Below are positions 23,473 to 34,569 of a stretch of 64,000 nt of DNA, one piece after another. A model generated the notes under the pieces. It saw only the letters and a program-made list of their open reading frames with translations. It made no database searches and was not told the origin of the DNA. Both the position numbers and the translations under genes were made by a program. Origin of the DNA: Gammaproteobacteria bacterium (GTDB taxonomy: Bacteria > Pseudomonadota > Gammaproteobacteria > SZUA-229); the NCBI GenBank assembly GCA_013041745.1, contig JABDRN010000080.1, positions 11,198 to 75,197 on the forward strand, in the 5' to 3' direction. Position 1 is the stretch's first letter, and every line of letters starts with the position of its first letter.

Positions 23473-24741
23473 TCAGAAGAGTTTACTCATCCCTATCTTG
23501 AAGACTGACTTATCGTATATATAACGATCAACGGTCGAATCATTATCCGTGTACTGATATTTCGCTGTCAGCTTCATGGTCCTGTCGAAACGATAATCAG
23601 CAGATAATGACAGCTTCCACTGATCATCAACACGATCGATGGTGGGTGATGCTTCGAATTCACTAAACCGATAAGCCAGGTCACCGGTCAACCACCAGTG
23701 CTCATCGATGATATGGGTATAGACACCACGGACGGTGTGCCTGGTCGGAGAATAGTCATACGAATCGATGGCCGTGACCAGGGTGCCCCTGTCGTTCAAC
23801 TCGAACTCGTAATAGACGTTTTTTATATTATCTGCCGCATAGTTCCTGTACTCGATGCGGGCGCGTTGACGCCAGCCTTCGAGATAGTCATAGATAGCGT
23901 TATCACTTCTTATGACATCCCCGCGGTAACGAAGATATATCCGCTCCCGCCTGGTGATCGACTTGCGTGCGATAACATCCAGCTTTGTCATCGTCTGAAA
24001 ATCATCGCCCGCATAGGTGCTCTTCGACAGTTTCAGATGAATATTGCTATCCCAGTCCGCGAACCTTGTCGCCCGCTGCAGTCCTAACAGGAAGTTATAC
24101 TGATCGTTTTCATCATTACTATTGAATTTCATTCCGTAAAGACCTGCTCCCATAAGCCAGCCATCGGTCCTGCCGCCGGAGAGAAGGATATCGGTAGAAG
24201 CATACAGTTCATAGAATGAGTCGGCTTCGTCCAGTACTGAATCGCCCGAGGCAGAAAAGATGTTGTCGTCATATCCCGTATTGAACGACAGCAGGCTACG
24301 CCATCTCTTTTCCTTACCGGATAATGCAGCGAGATGTTTCTCTGACAGCCCGGTCAGTTTCTTATCTTCACCTGAAGACACAACAGAAGAAAAATACTGG
24401 CGTGCAAGAAAAACATCCTTTTCTTTTACAGCGATAAGCCCCAGGTGGTAGCGTGCGATATCACGCATGGCACCGGTCTGTTCGAGTTGCTTGAAATATT
24501 CTTTCGCTTCTTCGAGCCTGCCTACCTTGTAATAACTGCTCGCGAGATTATACAAAAGGGAGAGCGACTCCATGCCCTGATCGAGGGCCGACTCAAAATA
24601 GGCCGCTGCAGCTACATTATCGCCCGCCTGATAAGCCTTCAGACCCAGATCGTAATCTGACTCGGCTGACGCATGCAGATCTGACGCAGACAGTAATAAC
24701 AATAACGTTAATAGATAGTATATCGATCGACTTCTTTTCAT
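23473..24741 (-). CDS. Outer-membrane protein: signal peptide, N-terminal TPR-like repeats and a C-terminal beta-barrel (DUF560/Slam-like or YaiO-like, unresolved)
   Basis: 422 aa. Signal peptide ..LLLLSASDLHA. TPR-like helices (GLKAYQAGDNVAAAAYFESAL, YYKVGRLEEAKEYF). From about residue 150 there is an alternating-hydrophobic strand pattern (FNTGYDDNIF.., LSLSADYRF, LTAKYQYT) ending in ..FKIGMSKLF with a terminal Phe. Confidence 0.75.
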   Translation of the reverse strand: MKRSRSIYYLLTLLLLLSASDLHASAESDYDLGLKAYQAGDNVAAAAYFESALDQGMESLSLLYNLASSYYKVGRLEEAKEYFKQLEQTGAMRDIARYHLGLIAVKEKDVFLARQYFSSVVSSGEDKKLTGLSEKHLAALSGKEKRWRSLLSFNTGYDDNIFSASGDSVLDEADSFYELYASTDILLSGGRTDGWLMGAGLYGMKFNSNDENDQYNFLLGLQRATRFADWDSNIHLKLSKSTYAGDDFQTMTKLDVIARKSITRRERIYLRYRGDVIRSDNAIYDYLEGWRQRARIEYRNYAADNIKNVYYEFELNDRGTLVTAIDSYDYSPTRHTVRGVYTHIIDEHWWLTGDLAYRFSEFEASPTIDRVDDQWKLSLSADYRFDRTMKLTAKYQYTDNDSTVDRYIYDKSVFKIGMSKLF

Positions 24742-24819
24742 AACCGCTTCTCATCTGGATACGAAGGAATCGATGACGCTACACATCCACTCCACCGTGT
24801 AATATTTTTAAAAACACTC

Positions 24820-24848
24820 TTGACGTGGGATATTTTACCACGCATAAT
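24820..24848 (+). promoter_or_regulatory. Sigma70-type promoter for the 108-aa secreted peptide gene
   Basis: TTGACG (24820-24825), a 17-nt spacer, then CATAAT (24843-24848), about 50 nt upstream of the ATG at 24900. The spacer is almost entirely occupied by palindrome site 1. Confidence 0.55.
24825..24841. promoter_or_regulatory. Operator-like palindrome site 1 (GTGG-N9-CCAC)
   Basis: GTGGGATATTTTACCAC, lying between the -35 and -10 of the predicted promoter. Confidence 0.5.
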
Positions 24849-24856
24849 AATGACAT

Positions 24857-24873
24857 GTGGGAATAAATCCCAC
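24857..24873. promoter_or_regulatory. Operator-like palindrome site 2 (GTGG-N9-CCAC)
   Basis: GTGGGAATAAATCCCAC with perfect 6-bp arms GTGGGA/TCCCAC, just downstream of the -10 in the predicted +1 region. Confidence 0.5.
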
Positions 24874-24899
24874 TTCTATCAATAATAGAGGAAGTAACA

Positions 24900-25226
24900 A
24901 TGAAAAAATTAACTCAGTTAACAGCCCTTGGTTTCCTTATGGTCAGTGCTAATGCATATGCGCATCATCCGGCAGCCGACATCGTTGACCCGGAAGTATA
25001 TGAAATGATTGAGGAAAATGTTTCTGACGTGCATCTCGACATGACTTTTGATGACATGGGTGGTGATACATCGGATGTAGGTAGTGCCATGGAAGCTCGT
25101 GACAGCGATACTGGTGCCGAGATGGGTGGCGACCTTGCAGACGTAGGTGCCGCTATGGAAGAACGTGAGGAGATGAACGCCATGGCCGACGCAGTGCCAA
25201 GCGGCCCGATGAACTCCCAGAGATAA
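24900..25226 (+). CDS. Small secreted acidic Met/Asp/Glu-rich protein with an internal repeat
   Basis: 108 aa. Signal peptide MKKLTQLTALGFLMVSANAYA with predicted cleavage before HHPAAD. Internal repeat MGGDTSDVGSAMEARD / MGGDLADVGAAMEERE. Own promoter upstream and a clean terminator downstream. Confidence 0.75.
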   Translation: MKKLTQLTALGFLMVSANAYAHHPAADIVDPEVYEMIEENVSDVHLDMTFDDMGGDTSDVGSAMEARDSDTGAEMGGDLADVGAAMEEREEMNAMADAVPSGPMNSQR

Positions 25227-25268
25227 GAGCCCGTCAAGACTCTCAAAATAAAATGACATAGCTATTAG

Positions 25269-25301
25269 GGCCGTATCACTATTATGATACGGCCTTCTTT
25301 T
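25269..25301 (+). terminator. Rho-independent terminator after the 108-aa gene
   Basis: GGCCGTATC (25269-25277), an 8-nt loop, GATACGGCC (25286-25294), then TTCTTTTAT. Confidence 0.75.
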
Positions 25302-25306
25302 ATATC

Positions 25307-25323
25307 GTGGTATATATTCCCAC
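25307..25323. promoter_or_regulatory. Operator-like palindrome site 3 (GTGG-N9-CCAC)
   Basis: GTGGTATATATTCCCAC, ending 8 nt upstream of a TATAAT hexamer (25331-25336) that precedes the 284-aa gene. It therefore covers the -35 position. Confidence 0.5.
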
Positions 25324-25395
25324 ATAAAGATATAATACCGGTTTCAACACCATGAAAAATATCAATTATCAGACCTCTTTCCTGAGCAGGTAGAA

Positions 25396-26250
25396 ATGAG
25401 TAACAACGGTTACAACAAGACACAGCTGGCATTGATGAAAGCCGTGCGCATGTTATGCACACCATTGATCCGCCTGTTGATAGAAAAAAGTATAACCTTC
25501 CCTCAGTTACGAGATCTGTTGAAAGAGATCTACGTCGAAGTCGCCGAAAAAGATTTTTCACTCGATGATAAAAAACCGAGTGACAGCCGTATCTTCGTCC
25601 TCACCGGTATACATCGTAAAGATATCAAGCGTATCCGTCAGCAAGATCAGCACGAGTACAGCAGCGTTACCACTTCTGCTTCACTTAGCGGCGAAATCAT
25701 CGCGCGCTGGATGAGCATGCCTGAATTTCTCGATGATAAAGGTAAAGCAAAAGCATTACTTAAAAATTCGAAAGACGATGAAGCCGACTTCGAAGCCCTG
25801 GTATCGAGCGTTAATAAAGACGTCAGGCCAAAAGTTATACTGGAGGAATGGTTGCGTCTCGATATAGTCAGACTGAAAGACGATCATATCGTACTGAATA
25901 AATCCGCCTTCGTATCCAGTAAAGCGTTTAATGACATGGCATATTACCTGGGACACAATGTCCATGATCATATGGCCAGCTGCGTCAACAACATCCTCAA
26001 TGAAGATGAACCGATGCTGGAGAGGAGCGTTTACTATGCACATCTTACCAAGGACTCTGTCAACAAACTAAAAGCCATCTCAGACAAAAAAAGTGATGAA
26101 CTACTACGTCAACTGAACAAGCAGGCAATCAAGTTCTATGATGCCGACAAACAGAAAGATGAGGCGATATATCGTATGCGTCTGGGCGTTTACTGGCATC
26201 ACTCACAACTCGACAACGGAAACGATACGAATACGGAGCCTGAAGCATGA
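25396..26250 (+). CDS. Uncharacterised cytoplasmic protein with an HTH-like segment (possibly the family annotated DUF6502; from memory, unverified)
   Basis: 284 aa with no signal peptide or TM helix. The segment SDSRIFVLTGIHRKDIKRI fits a helix-turn-helix pattern. The stop overlaps the next start (ATGA at 26247-26250). Confidence 0.75.
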   Translation: MSNNGYNKTQLALMKAVRMLCTPLIRLLIEKSITFPQLRDLLKEIYVEVAEKDFSLDDKKPSDSRIFVLTGIHRKDIKRIRQQDQHEYSSVTTSASLSGEIIARWMSMPEFLDDKGKAKALLKNSKDDEADFEALVSSVNKDVRPKVILEEWLRLDIVRLKDDHIVLNKSAFVSSKAFNDMAYYLGHNVHDHMASCVNNILNEDEPMLERSVYYAHLTKDSVNKLKAISDKKSDELLRQLNKQAIKFYDADKQKDEAIYRMRLGVYWHHSQLDNGNDTNTEPEA

Positions 26251-27281
26251 AATTATTTAACCAGCTAATCTTTACAATATTGATCATCGCTTTAGCAGCA
26301 TGTTCCTATACGCCATCTGCAGATACTGTGGCCAGTGGCAGTGAAGACGAGGATATCGGTATCGGCGGAACTGGAAAGCAGGCAGTCGCCGATGACAGTA
26401 CTGGCAGCGGCCTCGGCGGAACAGGCGTACATACTACCGGTATCCTGGGTACAGTTACCGGCTTCGGCAGTATCTTCGTCAACGGCATCGAAGTCGAGTA
26501 TGACGAGAATACCGCCTTCAGTGTAAACGGAATGTTATCTACCATGCAGCAGCTCGCTATCGGTGATGTCGTCGAAGTCCTGACTACGGATGAGAATAAA
26601 TATACCCACGCAAAAGCCATCAACCTGCGACACGAAGTTATCGGCGAGGTAGAGTCCGTCGACCCTGATACATTCAGCTTCAGCATCAATGGTCAGAACA
26701 TCATACAGCCGATCAACAGAGCCGGTATGCCAGCAGTGGGTTCATGGGTGTCAGTTTCCGGATTCCGCATCGACGACAAGAGCATTATCTCCACCAGGAT
26801 TACAGCAGCCACAGCGGAACAGACCTTGTTACGTACATCTACAGATTTACCGTTTAAAGGGGAAACATCAAGATGGCTGATACAGACGTATGCACCCGGC
26901 GAACAAGCAAGATTCGAGCTGGATGACAAAGTATATACGGTACAGCTTAGCAAACCCCTAAAAGCCGCGAAGCACCAGCTTGGTATAAAGATCATGAAAC
27001 TGCACAAGGCTGAAGATCGAATCGAACTCGAGCAGATCATCGACCCGTCAGTCATGCCTCGAGGACGACAGACGGAATCGCCATATACCCAGCCTGGCAA
27101 AAGCGTGCTTCCCGGATCGGGTTATGATCTATTTCCCGGTTCGAGCCCAGGCGCCAATCAGGGCACTTTACCGGGTCAGTACATGCCTCGAAGCAGCACG
27201 CCAAGAGTTGACTCGCCGGCTACGGTTTCACCTGGCCAAAACCTGGTCGCTCCGCCTTCGGTACAGAACTACAGACGCTGA
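26247..27281 (+). CDS. Lipoprotein, DUF5666-like, with a Pro/Gly/Ser-rich C-terminal tail
   Basis: 344 aa. Lipobox IALAAC, GIGGTG and GLGGTG motifs, and a GFGSIFVNGIEVEYD motif as I remember it from DUF5666 proteins. The last 70 aa or so are low-complexity P/G/S. Confidence 0.75.
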   Translation: MKLFNQLIFTILIIALAACSYTPSADTVASGSEDEDIGIGGTGKQAVADDSTGSGLGGTGVHTTGILGTVTGFGSIFVNGIEVEYDENTAFSVNGMLSTMQQLAIGDVVEVLTTDENKYTHAKAINLRHEVIGEVESVDPDTFSFSINGQNIIQPINRAGMPAVGSWVSVSGFRIDDKSIISTRITAATAEQTLLRTSTDLPFKGETSRWLIQTYAPGEQARFELDDKVYTVQLSKPLKAAKHQLGIKIMKLHKAEDRIELEQIIDPSVMPRGRQTESPYTQPGKSVLPGSGYDLFPGSSPGANQGTLPGQYMPRSSTPRVDSPATVSPGQNLVAPPSVQNYRR

Positions 27282-27416
27282 AGTAATCCATCGTGAGTGG
27301 TCATAAACCGGAGATCAATAATGAATCAGCTAACTCAGCTGTGATATCAGCCCAGGGATGCAGTCAGATCTGGAGGGGCCAGTAAATACTTTGTAACTAA
27401 AAAGGTATCTAATTAC

Positions 27417-28205
27417 CTAATGCGCGCTCAGACCTTTTGACCTTGCCCTGAAGTTTTTTAGGATATCTTCAGCTTTCGATTCGAATGCCTCGAAGTCAGC
27501 CTTATTGGCTTCTGTCATCGCAGTCTCATCAACCCGGTAACCTGTGAGATTGATAACGCGGTTTGGCCGCAGCGTAAAGTTGCGGCGGTATTCGACGAAC
27601 TCACGCATGGTCTGCTTCTTATATTGTTCAAACTCATCTTTCATCTCGGCTCTGGCAGCCTGTTGCTCCATTTTGAATCGCTCAAACTCATCCAGCTCTT
27701 TCTGTTTGTGGATCTCGAATGCGGGGCCTGTTGACTCAACGTCCAGCAGGCCTTCTTTCAATGCCACAGTCTCGCCATTGTTCTGATCGTTTTCGCTGAT
27801 GATAAAAGTAGTACCTCGTACCCCGATGGTAGCAGCCCGCGTTTTAACCTGACGGGGTTCACCGAACACTTTTTTAAATGTGAAATAAACCTTACCTCCC
27901 AGGTAAGAAAACCAGCTGGTTTTTTCTACGCGTAAACGGCTTTTCTCATCCAGCATAGATAAGGCACCATCATCAAACTGCACGATGACACTCGCACCAT
28001 CTTTAGTGACGATGGTATCCATCTCATTTACTGCCTCATCGTTTTCTTTGATGGTGCGTTTCTCACCATTGGCATCGACGACTTCGACATCACCATCAAA
28101 CTTTAATACCTTACCGCGGGCATCGTGCTGCTCCGCCATCACTATCGATGATTGCAAGATGATGCAGCTAACCAGCAGAAAGGTGACTATTTTATTCTTA
28201 AGCAT
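27417..28205 (-). CDS. Secreted FecR-domain protein with a C-terminal coiled coil
   Basis: The start is set at ATG 28205 (MLKNKIVTFLLVSCIILQSSIVMA, signal peptide), preceded by AGGA. The ORF-track start at 28301 would overlap the uup stop. ATIGVRGTTFII is typical of FecR-domain beta sandwiches. The tail is rich in E/K/Q heptads. Confidence 0.75.
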   Translation of the reverse strand: MLKNKIVTFLLVSCIILQSSIVMAEQHDARGKVLKFDGDVEVVDANGEKRTIKENDEAVNEMDTIVTKDGASVIVQFDDGALSMLDEKSRLRVEKTSWFSYLGGKVYFTFKKVFGEPRQVKTRAATIGVRGTTFIISENDQNNGETVALKEGLLDVESTGPAFEIHKQKELDEFERFKMEQQAARAEMKDEFEQYKKQTMREFVEYRRNFTLRPNRVINLTGYRVDETAMTEANKADFEAFESKAEDILKNFRARSKGLSAH

Positions 28206-28279
28206 TTTAGTTTTCCTGATATCTAAAACAACAATACGCCGAAGCCATATGTGACTGGCCATGCTTTCAAGCAAATACC

Positions 28280-30169
28280 CTACGGTTCGAGTTCTTCCCA
28301 TCGAGTATAGCAGTGTGCCAGATTTGCCTGTGTTTTTTCCAGCTGTTTTTGTACTTCGATAATCTTTTCTTTATCCTGTTTATAGAAGTCTTCACTCGCC
28401 ATCAAACCCTGCAAGTTATCAACCTCCTCTTCGAATGATTCGATCTGTGCAGGCAAGGCGTCCAGTTCCCGCTGGTCTTTATAACTCAGTTTTTTTGGTT
28501 TCTGCGTTTTAACTGGCGCTGTTCTCTTATCTATAGCGGTCTCTTTTGCAGTTTCAGTTCCGGCCCCTGTTTTATTTTTAGCCTGCTGCAACCAGTCATC
28601 GTAGCCACCAACATATTCATTTACCTGGGCGTCACCTTCAAAGACAAGCGTACTGGTAACGACGTTATTAACAAACTCCCGGTCATGACTTACTAGCAGT
28701 ACGGTGCCCGGGTATTCCATCACCAGCTCTTCCAGCAGTTCCAGGGTTTCGATATCGAGGTCATTGGTCGGTTCGTCGAGCACCAGGATGTTTGATGGTT
28801 TTGAGAACAACTTGGCCAGTAACAGGCGGTTTCGTTCGCCGCCGGACAACATGCTCACCGGTGAGCGTGCTCGCTCTGGAGCGAACAGGAAATCCTGCAG
28901 GTAACCGATGACATGCTTTCGTTTACCATTGATCTCGACAAACTCCCTTCCCTGAGACAGGTTATCGATGACACTCGCCTGGTCATCGAGCTGAGCGCGG
29001 AACTGATCGAAGTATGCGACTTCCTGTTTTGTACCGGTCTGGATCTTGCCGCTGGTCGGTTCCAGCTCACCGAGCAAGAGTCGTAACAGGGTTGTTTTAC
29101 CGACACCGTTTGGACCAAGGATACCGATCTTGTCACCACGCAGGATGGTGGTATTCAGCCTCCTGATCAGCGGCTTGCCTTCATAATCGAAGTTAACATT
29201 CTCGGCATCAGCGACCAGCTTACCTGATTGTTCAGCCTTCGCTGTTGCCATCGACACCTTGCCAACCTGCTGGCGTCTCTCACTACGCTCGTTGCGCATC
29301 TTCTGCAACGCGCGCACCCTGCCCTCATTTCGAGTACGGCGCGCTTTTATGCCCTGTCGAATCCATACCTCTTCCTGTGCAAGTTTCTTATCGAACTGTG
29401 CATTGGCAACCTCTTCAGCTTGCAACGCTTCTGCTTTACGCCTCAGATATGTATCGTAGTCACCCGGATAACTACTCAGGTTGCCGCGATCGAGCTCGAT
29501 AATGCGTGTCGCGATATTACGCATGAAGGAGCGATCATGCGTGATAAACATCAGCGCCCCTTTATAATTTAACAGCTGTTCTTCGAGCCACTGGATGGCA
29601 ATTAGATCGAGATGGTTGGTCGGTTCATCGAGCAGCAGGATATCAGGCTTTATCACCAGCGCTTTGGCCAGCAGTACCCGACGCTTCATACCGCCAGAAA
29701 GTGATGCATAATCCATATCACCGTCCAGCTGCATCCGGCTCAACACTTCTTCGACCTGCTGATTGAGCTGCCAGGCATCATGGATATCCACCTGGTTTTG
29801 CGCACGCTCTAATTCTGCCGTGGTCTGGTCGTTGTGGTTTAATGTAAAATTATGCAGAGCATGGTGGTAGTCCTGCAGGTAGCTGGCATTCTCACCCAGC
29901 CCCATCGCAACCACATCAAATATGGTTCCGCTGAGGTTACCCCTGGGTTCCTGGTCGAGCACTGCCAGCTTCAGGTTCTGCTTGTATTCAAGATCACCAC
30001 TCTCTGCTTTTACTTCCCCGGAAATCACTTTTAACAAGGTCGATTTACCGGTGCCATTGCGACCGAGCAAGCAAAGTCGTTCACCGGCATCGATGGACAT
30101 ACTGATATTTTCCAGAATGGCAGGGCCGCCAAAACTGACCTGGATATTGCGTAGACGTATTAAAGACAT
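28280..30169 (-). CDS. uup: ABC-F family ATPase Uup
   Basis: 629 aa. Two ABC cassettes (GRNGTGKSTLLK / LSGGMKRR and GPNGVGKTTLLR / LSGGERNR), no TM domain, a Lys-rich linker and a C-terminal coiled coil. Confidence 0.9.
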   Translation of the reverse strand: MSLIRLRNIQVSFGGPAILENISMSIDAGERLCLLGRNGTGKSTLLKVISGEVKAESGDLEYKQNLKLAVLDQEPRGNLSGTIFDVVAMGLGENASYLQDYHHALHNFTLNHNDQTTAELERAQNQVDIHDAWQLNQQVEEVLSRMQLDGDMDYASLSGGMKRRVLLAKALVIKPDILLLDEPTNHLDLIAIQWLEEQLLNYKGALMFITHDRSFMRNIATRIIELDRGNLSSYPGDYDTYLRRKAEALQAEEVANAQFDKKLAQEEVWIRQGIKARRTRNEGRVRALQKMRNERSERRQQVGKVSMATAKAEQSGKLVADAENVNFDYEGKPLIRRLNTTILRGDKIGILGPNGVGKTTLLRLLLGELEPTSGKIQTGTKQEVAYFDQFRAQLDDQASVIDNLSQGREFVEINGKRKHVIGYLQDFLFAPERARSPVSMLSGGERNRLLLAKLFSKPSNILVLDEPTNDLDIETLELLEELVMEYPGTVLLVSHDREFVNNVVTSTLVFEGDAQVNEYVGGYDDWLQQAKNKTGAGTETAKETAIDKRTAPVKTQKPKKLSYKDQRELDALPAQIESFEEEVDNLQGLMASEDFYKQDKEKIIEVQKQLEKTQANLAHCYTRWEELEP

Positions 30170-30302
30170 CCGACGAATTTTACATTAAATATAAATATGC
30201 GTTGTTATAGAGTCAGTTTGAAATGATAGAAATTTACGCCTATGGTCATAATGTCGTCCCTGTTGACTAGTATCATACGACTGCCGCGGCCCCTTCTATC
30301 AT

Positions 30303-30427
30303 ATACCGCCCTTCCATGGGCATCGCCACACCGCCTTCCCTGGCTCCTTGTGTCATACCGCCCATCCATGGGCATCGCCACACCGCCTTCCCTGGCTCCT
30401 TATGTCATACCGCCCATCCATGGGCAT
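30303..30427. repeat. Tandem direct repeat, 52-bp unit, about 2.4 copies
   Basis: Units start at 30303, 30355 and 30407: ATACCGCCC(T/A)TCCATGGGCATCGCCACACCGCCTTCCCTGGCTCCTT(G/A)TGTC. Copies 1 and 2 differ at 2 of 52 positions. Each unit contains the palindrome GCCCATCCATGGGC. Confidence 0.92.
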
Positions 30428-30454
30428 AAAAAAACCGGTGCGTAAGCACCGGTT
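30428..30454 (-). terminator. Rho-independent terminator (minus strand)
   Basis: The minus strand reads AACCGGTGC-TTAC-GCACCGGTT followed by a T run: a 9-bp stem, a tetraloop and a U-tract. It lies 410 nt downstream of the metH stop, with no ORF in between. Confidence 0.75.
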
Positions 30455-30864
30455 GAGATGAGAGAGTCTTACTCATTGGAGAGTGGCAAAACACTAGCCC
30501 TATTCAATATTTTGCCAAGACCAACATATTCATATCGATAACCACTTAATCGACTGAATACATTTAGATACACTGCACCATTCGTGCCAAGAAAGTATCC
30601 GGTCTTTTAAGTTCAGTTACATTTACTCACACAGGACGCTAACTGCATGATTAACTGATATTTTTATTAAGTATCTATTTCTATTAAATATTGCATCGGC
30701 AGATTCAGGAAGATTCAGCAATCAGCCAGATGTAACATATCCTGACATTAAAAAAACCGACAAAAATTCGAAAATAATATAATATGACTTTATATATCAA
30801 CACTTTATTTAATACAGCCGAATCATAATTATCAATATTTTCTATTAAATAATCCGACAAGCTA

Positions 30865-34569
<3,705 letters not shown>

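Noticed and set aside
24825-24873. The GTGGG half-sites of the operator-like palindromes are identical to the MraZ repeat unit at 18703-18727.
   Set aside because: MraZ boxes are direct repeats at 10-bp phase. These are inverted repeats with 9-bp centres, and a local HTH candidate exists. The shared pentamer is most simply coincidence.
27417-28301. Long form of the FecR-domain ORF, starting at 28301.
   Set aside because: It would overlap the uup stop by 22 nt and add 32 non-signal residues. The internal ATG at 28205 gives a proper signal peptide and has an AGGA Shine-Dalgarno.
30242-30445. 67-aa ORF running through the 52-bp tandem repeat.
   Set aside because: The translation simply repeats with the DNA period (..SPHRLPWLL.. 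/ ..ATPPSLAP..) and ends in the terminator. It is an artefact of the repeat.
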